NCBI GenBank assembly: GCA_002633005.1
Contig: NMRA01000023.1
Span: 941,158 to 1,005,157 of the forward strand
Reading direction: 5' to 3'
DNA from: Phoronis australis
Taxonomy: Eukaryota; Animalia; Phoronida
DNA length: 64,000 nucleotides
Shown: positions 13,501 through 26,960 of the stretch, piece after piece
How the letters are laid out: each line of letters opens with the position of its first letter
Position numbering within the stretch: position 1 is the stretch's first letter
Position numbers and translations under genes: made by a program
The notes under the pieces: model-generated
Seen by the model: the letters and a program-made list of their open reading frames with translations, nothing else
Told to the model about the DNA's origin: nothing
The model's database searches: none

Positions 13501-16199
13501 ACACTTAAAAACGCTTACATTCATCGGTGATCCTTTCTGCTTCTACACATGTCTTTGATGAAGCACAGCTATGATAATGAAGGTGACTTTGACGAAGAAT
13601 TCCAACTCCACTTGTTGGGTTATCTTAAACGTTTCACCGCCAGCGCCATAACCTCAAGCTGAGTCACGTGATTTAGGCAAAGACTAGTGGGAGACAAAGT
13701 GAAGCGCGTGACCTGGCACGTGACACTTTCAAAATAGCATAGGAAGATACATAAAGACAAGTTTGTAAGATTTGTGTCTCTTGTCCTTTTTGTTCGTCAA
13801 CAGGCGTGATTTCACGTAACTTCCTCAAAATGGAGCCCGGTGAGAGAAACATGAGCGAACCGCGACATATTTTCATGTTCAAATTATTTGTTGACTTACT
13901 TGTATCCAGAGTCATGGTGTGCGTTAATTATAAGTCAATGTGCATATATGCATGTTTCACTTGATTTTATTTGCTGTATTTTGAAATAAGTAACTTTCTA
14001 TGGGGATGTATCGGTACTATCGACCCTGTTTCTCATACTCGCACGTGGTAACTGAGTTTCCATCCCACTGGGACCATTTACCACCACGCTCATTTAGAAA
14101 CCCAGGGGATACACTCCGGCAGAAAATCACAGACATCTCACTAACGCAGTGCTCTTGCCATTTTCATTTAAGTGACACATGACGTAAAAAGCACTCTGGA
14201 TTACACGCAACAGAAACAACTAGATATCTTGCCAACGGAATGCTTATGGCATTTTGAGCTATATTAGGTAATCGAGGTACTGTCAAAAATAATTAAAAAC
14301 AGCAGTCTTGACATATAAAACACCGAATGGCCTGAACAATGTAGTTGGTAGAAAGGGCCCGCCAGAAACCCAAAATTGAACTTGTTCAACTTTCATGTAG
14401 TTACTAAGATCTGGGCAATATGTTCGTATAAATAATAAATTTCTGTGATCATCCAGGATTTGATAAAGTACACTGTACATGTATACATGTATGTATGGTT
14501 CAATTTTGAAAGTGACCAATTCCACCTCAGATTTTTGGCGACTGGGCAAGAATTCCAATTCGCCTCAAAGTTTCCGATCAAAGTACAATAGGAGGTACCT
14601 ACATGTACGTAGGAATCGGAGTTGTTCGGCAAAGCCCGACTGCCTGGGCGCCCGACCATGACGCTCAGGCAAACAACGTACTCTGATCAGAATCTATTGG
14701 TAAGAGTCGGACGAGGGCGAAATGACCGTTCTAGCACACGAAACTTGTGAAAACTTGTTTTTTATTCGGGTGGTGGCTTATGGGGTAATTTCTAAAGACG
14801 TTCCTGAGTGAACAAAAAATAGGCAAGTGCGTTTTCCTGATTTTAACGACCCATCTTCGTATTTCGCTACCCGAGTGCATGTGAACTGCCAGATCGCACT
14901 TGATGAGTTGGCCTTACGCCATAAGCGTAGAGCAATGACTTACCATTTGGTTCAGCCGTCCATGTTGAGCTACTCGTTGAGTTGGAAGAAACTTGTAATG
15001 TTGATACTAATGACGTTCGTCTTTCCAGATTTAGTTCTGTAGATAAAGATGGCATGTTTTAGTCTGTGGTAATGCTTACGATTAGGTTGCAGCCGTTGGT
15101 GGTGTTGTTCATGTTAAGCATTTGAAAAAGATTTTTTTTGGAAAAACTTAAGGTATTTCTTCAATTTTTTCAGCACAATCATACAATTTGAAGGAAGGTT
15201 TATCTTCTCTGAAATTAGAGTTTTTCAAAGTATAAAACATAACTTTTTATTAAAACGAGTTTAACTGTGGGGTTTTATGACCGTCCTTATTTTCCAAGAG
15301 TTTGCAGGTGGTCTGGAGCAGTACCTCACGATTCGCACTTGATCAACAAAAATAACAAAACCAGAACGAAGCAATGAAATTTGACTTGATTTGCTAATTA
15401 AACATTCGATCAAAACTAAGTCGAGCACACAACCGGACATTCACAGTGGAACCTCGCGGTTCCCAAGCTCTAACAATAGAATATATTGGTCACTTACGGG
15501 AGTTGGCATTCCATGTCTAGAGCTCTATGGTAATGCTGAGAATATAATACCCATAGATTCAATACTCCGAGATATGTCTGGCCACGATGAAAACCTGTCG
15601 CACGCAACAAACACCGCCACCTGGTTTCTCGGCGGTCTAAAGGTTAGAACGGCTCATCGCACGTGCCTACCACATGATAGTTGGTCTGCTTCCGTCAGAA
15701 AGCACGAGGGAGAGACCGTGACTGCACTATTTTATTCATATTTTTGAAATTTTCGGAGGTCTTCCAGATGAAAAATGTTGTAAAATGTGTTATCAATATT
15801 TAATAGAGGATAAACGCTTTCGTAGATTAGTTGTGTGCTTGAATACGCACGAAGGTGTGCGCGAGGTTTGTCTCCCTCCTAGATAGGAAACTAATTTGCA
15901 ATAACCGACATAAAGATGTGTTATCCATGCATCCTGGACACTACGCTTGATGATCAAGTGTTCCAAAGAATTCAGAATGAGTCAGAGATTTTAAATCGGA
16001 TTTTATTCTTTCTAAAATAAAAAAGACGCAAGATTAAAGCACAATGAAATGAGATCTTGGTTTCTTGTCAAGTAAACGTAAATCAAGTTGAAATTGTAAC
16101 AGTTAGCACGCCTGTATACGGGAGACTTCAGTGACAAGCCCAAGACACTTTGAGCTCGGTTGCTTACAGGATCAAGAGTTGATCGGGATCAATAGTCTT

Positions 16200-16450
16200 T
16201 TAGTACATTACAATACACTTTGCTCACGGTGGAGAGCAGACTTATACCTCTATAGCTGGACGGTAAATTAAAATCTCTATCTGATCCTTTCGGTATAGGG
16301 GTGATAATCGCTTTATACCATAATGACGGTATATGTCAAGTGTCAAAGACCTGAAAGAGCGAGACCAAAACATTAACCATCTCTGGAGATCTCAGCACTT
16401 CGTATGGGATCCCGTCTATACCAGTGGCCTTACCTGATTTTAATTTGGGA
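16200..16450 (-). mobile_element. Non-LTR retrotransposon (CR1-group) RT N-terminal fragment
   Basis: LKSGKATGIDGIPYEVL...HIPSLWYKAIITPIPKG...YRGISLLSTVSKVY, with one stop. Confidence 0.85.
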
Positions 16451-17686
16451 ATCATACCGCTATAACCACAATGCAACATCCTGACCCATTTCCAATATGG
16501 CGGTGTTGCAACTCCGCCATTGGTTTTTGTTGAACTCTTAACAATTTTCAGATTGAAGATCAGAGTATACACACAAACTTAAGAGCATCTTCGCAAATGG
16601 ACCACGCAGAGAGTGATAAATGCTATGTCACAGAATCTCTTTATGTTTTCTTTGTGTGATGACATTGGCCCCACTGACTCCAGACCACCTTTATTTTTTT
16701 CCAAAACCTCTTTTTTTGGTTTCCACGGATACTATTCCGACAAGTTTTGCGCCTGGCGGCAATTGGGTTTTAGTAAAATTCCAATTGTTACGTTACGCAG
16801 TGGAATTAACGTTGAAATAATGAACCTGTGTTACTGATCAGGTGTGACCTTCGATTACTTTATCCATGCAAGTTTGAAAGATTTCAATAATTATTTGTCG
16901 GTTTTAGAGTCGCATAGGAACAGTACTTTTAGTGATTTTTGTAATTGGCTAAACTCATATCCCTTTATCTCAGCTAGCACAGGTTTCAAAAAACATCTTA
17001 GAACCAACCAATGTGTTGAGCTACCCTTGAACTACAAAATAAGGCAGATAAATCTACTGGCGCTAACGGATTTCATGTCATTTGAAGTCCAAAGTGACTG
17101 GTGGTTAGCCATTTCACCACAACGAGTACTGACGACAAACGTCAACAAAAAGTGAACATTCGATATTGGCTAGTCCGCTAACTGCAAATCTATTTATCAT
17201 TTATGAAAAATCGTATTTTCTAGGCCCCGAGGACACTCAACTTTGTTTCTGAAAAGTGCTCGTAGTCATGGAATAAGGCTTCATGTACTTACTAGACAAA
17301 TAACAGTAGTTTTAGCAAGACTCCTTTTGCAGAGTTATTTGCTATGAATGTACCTTTTGCACGTGAAAAGTTGACAATAATAAAGACACAGTAGTTAGAA
17401 ATATATTGTTCGAATCCTCGATCTTTCTCATTTTAGAAGTTATATAATTTTAATGGTTGATATATGACTCAGAGTTTATTAAGGTCCTTGATAACCTTAA
17501 TTCTATGAATGGGTGAGGTATCATCAAATAGCACATTCACACTATAACAACAATGTATTCTGTGTTTTGAATGACAGGATAGTTTCATGATCTTCTGGTA
17601 ACATATGCTTGACAGAAAAGACGTGTACAGTCAGTCCATGCAGATACATGTAGTGTCCCGTCTGTTTACATTTGTCAGCCAGAAAG

Positions 17687-18068
17687 TGTAGTGTTCTGGC
17701 GCAGTGTCAGCGAACAATCGAGAGAAACACAGGTGATTCTACGTACAGCATAATTCTTTTATTCGTGTGCCGTCAGTACATAGACAAACCCGTAAACTGA
17801 AATAAACAAAACCCTGAGTCACTACTACGAAATATAATACAAGCACAGGCAGTGACAATATATACAAAACCGTTATTTACATCAACGAAGAAAATGTACA
17901 AGTAACGAAATGGCTACATCAGATAAACTGAATCTTATATGAAAATACTATATACAAAAACGAACCTAATTCATACACAATTCTGCCGTGATACCGCGAC
18001 GCAAACTAGACACCAAGTCACGCTAAACCATTACAATAATATGAGCTAGAAACAGACTGGTTTGTGAA
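17687..18068 (-). mobile_element. Probable LTR fragment in reverse orientation, truncated at the N gap
   Basis: Begins TGTAGTG (reverse strand ends ...gaacactaCA); reverse AATAAA near 17758-17763; homology to allele B stops here. Confidence 0.5.
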
Positions 18069-19839
18069 NGTGATGACATTGGCCCCACTGACTCCAGACC
18101 ACCTTTATTTTTTTCCAAAACCTCTCTTTTTGGGTTCCACGGATACTATTCCGACAAGTTTTGCGCCTGGAGGCAATTGAGTTTTAGTCAAATTCCAATT
18201 GTTACGTTACGCAGTGGAATTAACGTTGAAATAATGAACCTTTATTTACTGATCAGGTGTGACCTTCGATTACTTTATCCATGCAAGTTTGAAAGATTTC
18301 AATAATTATTTGTCGCTTTTAGAGTCGCATAGGAACAGTACTTTTGGTGATTTTTGTAATTGGCTGACCTCATATCCCTTTATCTCAGCTGGCACAGGTT
18401 TCAAAACATTTTAGAACCAACCAATGTGTTGAGCTACCTTGGATCTACAAAATAAGACAGATAAATCTTCTGGCGCTAACGGATTTCATGTCATTTGAAG
18501 TCCAAAGTGACTGATGGTTAGCCATTTCACCACAACGAGTACTGGCGACAAACGTCAACAAAAAGTGAACATTCGATATTGGGTGGTCCGCTAACTGCAA
18601 ATCTATTTATCATTTATAAAAAATCGTATTTTCTAGGCCCCGAGGACACTCTACTTTGTTTCTGAAAAGTGCTCGTAGTCATGGAATAAGGCTTCATGTA
18701 CTTACTAGACAAACAACAGTAGTTTTAGCAAGACTCCTTTTGCAGAGTTATTTGCTATGAATGTACCTTTTGCACGTGAAAAGTTGACAATAATAAAGAC
18801 ACAGTAGTTAGAAATATATTGTTCGAATCCTCGATCTTTCTCATTTTAGAAGTTATATAATTTTAATGGTTGATATATGACTCAGAGTTTATTAAGGTCC
18901 TTGATAACCTTAATTCTATGAATGGGTGAGGTATCATCAAATAGCTCTTAAGAGTCACTGCATGAGAACGTCAGGCAATTTGCAATATTATGGGAACATG
19001 ACGTGTCACGAATTTTGGATTTGATAGGGTACACTTATCACTTGGGGTGAATTAGCTACAGAAATATAAAAAATTAGTTTTGTCATTCCTCAGTTTGTAA
19101 ATATATAACGAATAACTAAATCGGGTGAACAAATGGCCTAAGCCCTTGTGTGCGACTGTTGAAAATGACCTATGTTTCCATGAGTATTAAACTACTTTAC
19201 GGGAGTTTTAAAAAAAATTGATTGAGTTTTACACAACTATCCTTTTTGTAATTGAAAATGCCAAAAATAATTCAGAATGACGTATTTTGATATTTTTAAG
19301 GAACGTTTGAATGCCTTGCCTACACAGGCCAAATACAGCTACCAATTTAGACCTATATAGAGGCCTATGTAATTCAAGCGCGCAAAAACGCACACCACCC
19401 ACTCATGGGTTCTGTGATAGCTACAGCTCTCGTCTTTGAAAAGATGTCGTTATTTCCGTGGACAGCACCTTCTTTAATTCTCGAATTTACACTTTAGCGA
19501 AGGCACTTTCACCACTTTCACCTGTTTCACACTACCACCAATAGAGGGCGGCAAAGCAGAAAATATGAAAAATATGATCCAAATTGGAAGTAAACCGTAA
19601 TAAAAAATCATATTAAATTTCATTCAAGATAACCAGAATTGCTTCGAGCGTTCTTTTAGCGAAATATTGTCTTATTGACATTAGCTAAGAAACGGAATGA
19701 GGTTCACGAAAATAGGTCACGCTCTGAAGGAAATCGGCAAAGCCAGCGAGTCGCTGTGTTACTTACAACAAAGATATTGTAAAATACCTGAAAAGTGTCA
19801 ACGCACTAGATGACTTGGAAGAATGAGAGTTGATTGGCA

Positions 19840-21400
19840 ATCTGGCACGAATGGGAGTGTGAGAGACAAAGGAACTGGCCAGCCTATTAGAACAAAAGAT
19901 TATATGTCCAATTCACCGTATGTGGCAGTATCTAGGTTGTAAGCCAAGGTGTAGGTTTGCAGCCCAAGAAATGCAAAGGATGTTCACCACTCAATCCCAG
20001 GACTACGTCAACTTAACTTCTCATTTGAAGGTGAGCTACGTAACAATTCATATTTTTTTCTCAGAAATCTCACTGTGATTAGTCACACCATCTGAGAACT
20101 AGTTTCAGCTGTGTATGAGGTCTGAAACAAAAGTTAAATATTTGATGGAATGGAATATTCTTTCATAATTTGATTTTTAAAAAGGACTTGTGCTCTAATG
20201 CTTACAACTAAGTTACTTATTTCAACTAGAAAAGTGGTTGCTTTGAAAGCTTATGGGATCGGAGATGAGGTGGTTTTGGGGAATCCTGCTTCTGTTTGCA
20301 AACCAGTGGAACTAGTGGTTGAGGAATGTCATGTTGAATCCTCATTGAGACATTTCAATAGTTTCAGCAATCGAAAGACGAAGATATTCCTGTGTCCAAA
20401 AGATGTCTGTAACATCACTTTTGCCTCTCGAAACGAACCCAAGCAGCAAGTTAGCATGGGCTAGCGTGATAAACAGCCAACAGCACTTGAAGATAATCGC
20501 TGATGTGGAGAGAAAGTGGGTTGCCAAAGTCACTGGTATACAAGGTGAAGTTCATCATTTAACAGCATGCTCGTTGAACTCAACTTGGCATCACAAATCC
20601 ATAAGTTTAACATTTAACCTTTGTTGTGCATTTTAGTCACTGACTGTTCCAAGTTGACTTAATAGTCAACATGGAAATGCGCTGTTTGATGTTCTGTATT
20701 ACAACCCAACAAAAAGTGAAGCTGTTGTGGAACATGCTACCTAACAGCCTATGCAGTCATGGCTTGGACACTCGCACAAATTTAGGCTGGATTTTTTTGA
20801 CGTGGATTAATGTATCAATCAGACCACTTAAACAGCACAACTCTCTCACGTATGACCACAGAATTTGGATTTTGTAAGCTCATTTTGTGAATTAACAAAA
20901 CATGGCTACCCATCGAAAAGGCATGGCTCCTGATGTTGCATCTACATGTAGCTTTGTTACCTTTAAACGCTCCTCACACACTCTTCCATGAGTCATGCAC
21001 ACGATTCTTAATCACGTGAGTTTTTGAACTGATTATTGGTTGCAAAAGCTGTGTTTGATTTGTGTGAACAGGGATCAGCTTACAATTAGGTGTGTGAGTG
21101 ATGTTCACGAGTGTTTGACAATTGTTGTTCTGGTAGCCTGCCAATGGGCTAGGTAACATATACTATCATATTGAGTTTTACATTTTCAGGTGTAAAAATG
21201 CAGGCAGCTAGTACCCAAACAGCAGGCGAGTCATACAGCACAATGGGGTGGGCTCTGAAGTCAGCATAAAGGTCTGAAATAATGACTGAAAGCGTAAAGA
21301 TGTTTTTGACTGATGCGTTCAACGAAGGCTTGAAAACCGGTCAAAAAAGCTATCCAATGAGGTGTTCTCAACAAACGAGAACTGCAGGACACAATCATAG
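19840..21400 (+). pseudogene. Sola3-type transposase remnants
   Basis: Fragments LARMGV...ICPIHR, LKAYGIG, FLCPKDVCNITF, MGWALKS...FLTDAFNEGLKTGQK; interrupted by stops and deletions. Confidence 0.65.
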
Positions 21401-22242
21401 AACAGCTGTTTGAATATCTTGAGCAGTATCCATGTAGATCGCAATCATCATTGTTACTGTATTCTTGTTGTGCACCTTATGGTGTGTCTATTGCTATGAA
21501 GTATTGTTGCTAGTGAGTTTGATTCCTTGTCATTTTCTGTGAAATTACTTCTCACGCCAAGTGTCCCTTTAACTGTCATTTCCAGGTTATTTGAATGTAT
21601 ACATTAATATACAGTACAAGCCAAGCGTATGCTGACAAAATAACCCGGAATTCCTTGCCATGACAGCTTGGGAAAAAGTAGAATTCGTGGTCAAAGTGGT
21701 CTTCCTTTGTGACTGGAAATGAAGGGAAACAGGAAAATTAGTGTGGTGGCTAAGACATTCTGTAATAAGCTGTGTAATAATCTGTGGTAATAGTTATTAC
21801 CAGGACTACCCATCAGGTGGGGCAAAGATTTATAGTGTCTGATTACTTTTGCCTTGTTCTGTATGACTGTTTGCAAGCATGCGTCTGTAGGCCCATTATG
21901 CTGTCATCCTGGTCTTTTTGTCTGGCATCTGCTGACCTGCATCTCCAAATCCTTGGTGAATGTGAAATTTTACAAATGAGATGACACAAGAGAGTTTTGG
22001 GATGTACTTGACTACCACTGTGCCCCTGGTGGCATCTTTACTTCTTCATGTTAGTCTCTTTATCTAGCAAGTTCCTTGACTGATTTTCATCAAATTTCGC
22101 GAATTAGTTTCCGTTATGGAGACAGCCACGTTTTCCTACTTCCTGGCTTATCTATGTAATCTGTACAGAAATGTTGCCATTGAGATGAGCGCGAGTGACA
22201 CTGATTGTGGATTGTACGATCTCCTATGGTGCCATTTAATGG

Positions 22243-22398
22243 CAGTGCTGTAGGGGTAAAATTAAAGAAAAGAAGGCGCCCAAAGCCAACCGTATCACCT
22301 TGAGCACTGAGCGTAACTTATGGTGCGTAGGCACTACGTTCAAATGCCAAAAGGTGGTTGGTTGCGCCTACCTTTGCCTACGCGCCACTACAGCACTG
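22243..22398. mobile_element. hAT-type MITE nested in the Sola3 element
   Basis: TIR cagtgctgtag/ctacagcactg; 8-bp TSD tttaatgg/tttaaggg (7 of 8 match). Confidence 0.75.
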
Positions 22399-24993
22399 TT
22401 TAAGGGCAATTTAGGTTTTCTTTATGTATGCCTCTATATCTACCAAGTTTCTTGATGTATTTTCGTGCAATATGGTATATTTGTTTCTGTTGAGGAAACG
22501 AGAACAAACTGCTATTTTCGGCTGGATTTAAAATATTCTGTGCCACTAAATATTAAAATTTCTGGCAGCAGCCTCTCTGTCCTTGAAATTGTTCGGAGAG
22601 TAGTTCTGAAATTTTGCTCATGTGTTCCTATTGAGATGATCACGACTGACAGGTTTTCTGATGGGTGCAATCACCGAGGCGCCCGGAGTGGCAATTTGTT
22701 TGTTTATCTGCGCTGCAATATTTACAAAGTTCTGTTGATGAATCTGGGTGCAATTTGATGTATGTGTTACATTATTGAGGAGAGTATGCCCGGCATAAAT
22801 TTTAGGACATGTCTGAGTGCTGTTGCGTCCTCTAGCGTATCAACCAACTATCTTGATGTATGGAATTTGGCAAGAATGTGACAGCGATTGTCTTGTTTCA
22901 GACGAATATAATGTATGCTGCATCACCTAAATGCTTTTTATTTTATATATTACATATTATTAACTTCCCTGGAACCATAATACCAGAGCACTTTCGGTTT
23001 CTCCTGTTTTGTATGGTGTTGACAAAAAATGCAGTGTAATGTAGACTATGATTTCATTTTTACTTCTTTTGATCAAAGATCTCCATACCCAAGACTTAAC
23101 GTTCACAACCAGCTTTAACACCCACGCTTGTATAATACACATATGCACTATAATCAATTTACAGGTGGGAAACTAAAGTGTCCTACCCATAGCTCGATGT
23201 CAACCATGACCAAAGGCTGCGTTGTATAAATTTCCTGTGTAATAAATACTGCACTGATGTGCTTTTCTATGTGTTGTAAGTCAGAGTTTCCATGAGTATT
23301 AGATAATAAAACGCTTACGTTCACCGATACCTTACGTAAAATAATTTGACATTTTCGTAGTCTGTCTGTATTTTAAATTCATAGCAACACTGCAATTGCC
23401 CCTTTTGAAATTCTGGATCTCTGCTAGTGGTTTTACATCTGATGCCCAGATTAACCAATGGCATTCCTAGACGTATCTAGTATTTTCATGTACTTCTCGA
23501 ATTCACATTGTGTTAGGGATGTTCTATAACCACGGTTGGAATCTTCTGGTCCATTCTCACCTGAACCTGCAATGCTTCATCGAATCTACGTTTTAGTCCT
23601 TTACTTTGCAATCGTCATCACTAAAATGGAAGTCCCGGTGTTAATTGTAAATACAACTGGCTGAAACGTTGCTTCAAGAACTGTTGAGTGGAGGTTGGCG
23701 AAAACACCCCCTATAGAAATAGCAATAGCCAATATACGTTTTCCGTGCATTGGATAGTAAGCCAAAAACGTAGGATTTCTCAAAGTTACACGCTTGGGCG
23801 CACTCTAAAATATTTACTTGGCACTGCGTAATAAGTACAACTTGTTCAACAGAAGGTTCATTTTTCCGAATCGGTAAACCGGTGCGCAATCTCATGAGCA
23901 GCAGAAAAAATACTACCCGGAACATTTTCACCTTTACAGGACCAGTGCTCCCGTGGGTCTTCGGTACTAAAAGGTATGGTTAGCAATAACCATTCAGTCA
24001 AGTATGATTTTTGGCTTGCCTCGTGTTAATATACGTTCATAATTTTTCGGAACCACTTTACCTTACTAGACGTCACGCAGACATTACGGGACCGACAATT
24101 GCCATCGCTTTGAGGCCGTAATTTCAGATTTAATTGTAAAGTTTTGAGCCCTAGCCGCAAGAATTTTAATGTAATTCAGATTTCAAGCTTGGAATAATCT
24201 TAACGATCTTGTTGACATCGTTTTTTGTTACTCATAAATCTTTAGAACTGTGTTGGTTTGTTAATAAGAGTGACAGAAATGGCGAACAGGACGACCGATA
24301 TCAGCAAAGTGGGTGGTTTCAATCAAAGCATGCAGGACACACAGGTCGCTGTCCACGAATGTTTTAATAGATATGTACTCTACAAAGGCTCAGCTTTCAC
24401 ATGTAGTATGTTACTTTTCTGAATGTTTTTGCGCAGTAAAAGAAATAACGATCGAATATAGGGCATTTCCACCAATTACACAGCCTGACTCAGGTGGGTT
24501 GAGTAAGTAACAAAAATAGCTAATTTGCGAATACGTTTCAACTATGAATTTTACATTTTCATGTAGACAGAAGTTGTGTTTATTCAGTATGTCATTCCTA
24601 GTTTCAGTTAATTTGTCGTTTTTGCACAGTGATGCAACAAAAATGCTAAAATTTGAAGGTTTCCGAAGCCATAAACTAGCCAAAAATTTCGAGGTGGCAG
24701 TTTTCTGTGAAGAAGATAGATATTTAAAATAACATTATTTTAGGTGTTGCCTATTCCACCTAAGAGTAAAACTAAGCTATATTTAAAAAAATCCGTGATA
24801 TGTCATGTTCCCGCATCTGCCTGACTTTCTCATGCAGTGATTTTTAATCACATTCAAACTATAGCAACAATGTATTCTGTATTTTGAATGACAGGATAGT
24901 TTCATGATCTTCTGGTAACATATGCTTGGCAGAAAAGACGTGTACAGTCAGTCCATGCAGATAGTGTCCTGTTTACATTTGTCAGCCAGAAAG

Positions 24994-25754
24994 TGTAGGA
25001 ATGAATCAAATTTCCAAGCAAATAATGCTTGACAATCGTACCAGTAGCGGACGTTAGTACCCAAACACTACAAATGACTATGAAAGAAGAGTAGGAGCGA
25101 AAAACATACTGTAGACGTTTTGTGGCATTTGATGAGATAACAAATATCACACAGCTTTTCCTAAGGACAAAGGGGTTACAGCAAAAGAAGTCACCGAACA
25201 AAACAGAAGTCATCGGAATTACGCGACAACAGTGGGTTGCACCATAACCAAATGACAGCCGCCAGAAAACCGGCACAGAACACGAATATCAGGAAGAGAT
25301 TGTCACTTGCATCGTGGGTAGTAAGATACCACCTGAAGTGCTGCGTCACGTGCCGGAGACTGTGACCAACGAGAAGAATCGCGGGTAGAAGAAATTGCCT
25401 GCAAGTGTTGCAGCAACAGAGACAGTGACCAGCAAGTACACTGTCGCTATACAGTGTGTGGAGCTCGAAGATTCACCAACAGGACAGTCATCCAACAAGT
25501 GGAGAGTCCTAGCTTGGATAGCAGATAAGACATTTTATTATTTCGGTTGATTGATTGAGGTAATCTATAAAGAGGGAGCTAGTACAGTAACTCTTCTTTG
25601 TAGTTGTTTACTTAATTAACAACAAGTCTCACTTGTCTAATTAGTGGTTATCGTATAATACATTATTTACTTTATTTAATTATTCACTCTCCATCTACGC
25701 ACAGTCTCAAAGCATAGCTACCTTTTAAACAAACCCACAGTCAATTGTCAGACA
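24994..25754 (+). mobile_element. 5' LTR of a Gypsy retrotransposon
   Basis: TGT...ACA ends; immediately followed by a PBS and gag; homology with allele A breaks at its start. Confidence 0.75.
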
Positions 25755-25756
25755 TT

Positions 25757-25773
25757 TGGGGACCAGTCCGGGA
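25757..25773 (+). promoter_or_regulatory. Primer-binding site, tRNA-Pro-like
   Basis: tggggaccagtccggga versus tRNA-Pro PBS TGGGGGCTCGTCCGGGA (14 of 17), 2 nt after the LTR end. Confidence 0.75.
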
Positions 25774-25889
25774 GAGTTTAAATAAAGGTTTACGTGGTTG
25801 TGTTGAATTGTTTTGAATCCTGTAATTACCGTTTGAATATTAATTACTAAAGTGCATTCTGGGAATAAAACCTTCCTCTAAAACAAAAT

Positions 25890-26960
25890 TTGAAAAATAT
25901 ATTGCCCAAGCGAAACAATTCGGTTATACCGGTGAAGAGTTAAAGAAGTGCACAGAGGAGCTCTTGCGGCAGGCCTTTGAGCGTGAAGAGCGTGCCCATA
26001 AACGGGAACTGGAACAGGCAGAGCACGCCCATAAACAAGAGCTGGAAAAGGCATAGCTTGCACAAGAACAGACAGAGCGTGCCCATAAACAAGAACTGTA
26101 AAAGGCAGAGCTTGCACGGGAACAAGCAGAGCGGGCTCATCAACGAGAGGTAGAGCAAGCAAGTCGAGTATGAACATAATCTCGAACAAGAACTAACCGA
26201 GCGGACCCAACCGATTGAGATTGAGAAGCAGAAGACACTGCAACTCAGAATGAGCTCAAAGCGACACCTAGTGGTGGGGCGGTAAGCAGTGGTGTACATA
26301 CCAGTCGTCCTAAACTGCAAAGTTTCGACTAACGAGTCGACGACATGGATGCCTTCCTAGCACGATTTGAGACGATCGCCACAAGCCAGAAATGGGATAA
26401 ATCGGAATGGGCTGAGGATTTGAGTCCATTCTTGACGGGTAAAGGCCTACAGGTGTTCAACAGCATGCCGTCAGACCAAATTAACAACTATGACCAACTA
26501 AAGTTGGTGCTGCTCCATAGGTATGAATTAACCGAAGACGGGTTCCGACGGAAGATTAGAGAGTCCAACCCTGAAAAGGGTGAAAACGAGTTCCAATTCG
26601 GGGCAAGACTGAGAAGGTTCTTTGACCGATGGACACAACTGGCGGAGGTCGAGGCGACTTATGATGGACTCAGAGACTTACTGATCCGAGAGCAGTTTCT
26701 GGAAGGATGCCATCCTGAGATGTCTGTATTCCTGAGGGAACGGAAACCGAAGACCTTCGACGAGTTGTCGGCCATTGCTCAACAGTATATGGACGCCCAC
26801 TGTACTGGTTTGTTGAGCAAAGGGTTTGCAAAGAAAGACTTGGGACAGGTAGACAGAAGACAGGCAAAGCCAAGCAACACAGAATAACGAAGGACAGAGA
26901 CTCCTCGTTCGTCAATGACCAGAAACAAGGATGACATGGAGTGTTTCAATTGTCATCGCA
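25890..26960 (+). pseudogene. gag: Gypsy gag (SCAN-related capsid, Gmr1-like), truncated at the zinc knuckle
   Basis: Coiled-coil repeats (RAHKQELEKA), PKL..F...DDMDAFLARFE, LTGKG, RYELTEDGFRRK, LLIREQFL, FLRERKPKT, then CFNCHR; stops and frameshifts; no pol. Confidence 0.9.

Larger units (their letters stand above)
18952..24843 (+). mobile_element. Sola3-like DNA transposon, decayed, ~5.9 kb
   Basis: TTAA TSD (18948-51, 24844-47); TIRs gagtcactgcatgagaacgtcaggca / tgcctgactttctcatgcagtgattt; GAG start plus TTAA target fits Sola3; absent from allele A. Confidence 0.8.
16656..24998. repeat. Near-identical duplication across N at 18069 (A 16656-17691; B 18070-18944 plus 24849-24998), probably uncollapsed haplotypes
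   Basis: Copy B starts immediately after the N; scattered SNPs and indels; B carries a 5.9-kb insertion absent from A. Confidence 0.85.

Noticed and set aside
14943-15055. Ser/Thr-rich minus-strand segment ending in a phase-1 GTAAGT donor, as a CHST stem exon
   Set aside because: No convincing in-frame acceptor; the nearest AG leads straight to a stop
25878-26320. Hydrophobic minus-strand ORFs
   Set aside because: Antisense shadows of the purine-rich gag coiled-coil repeats
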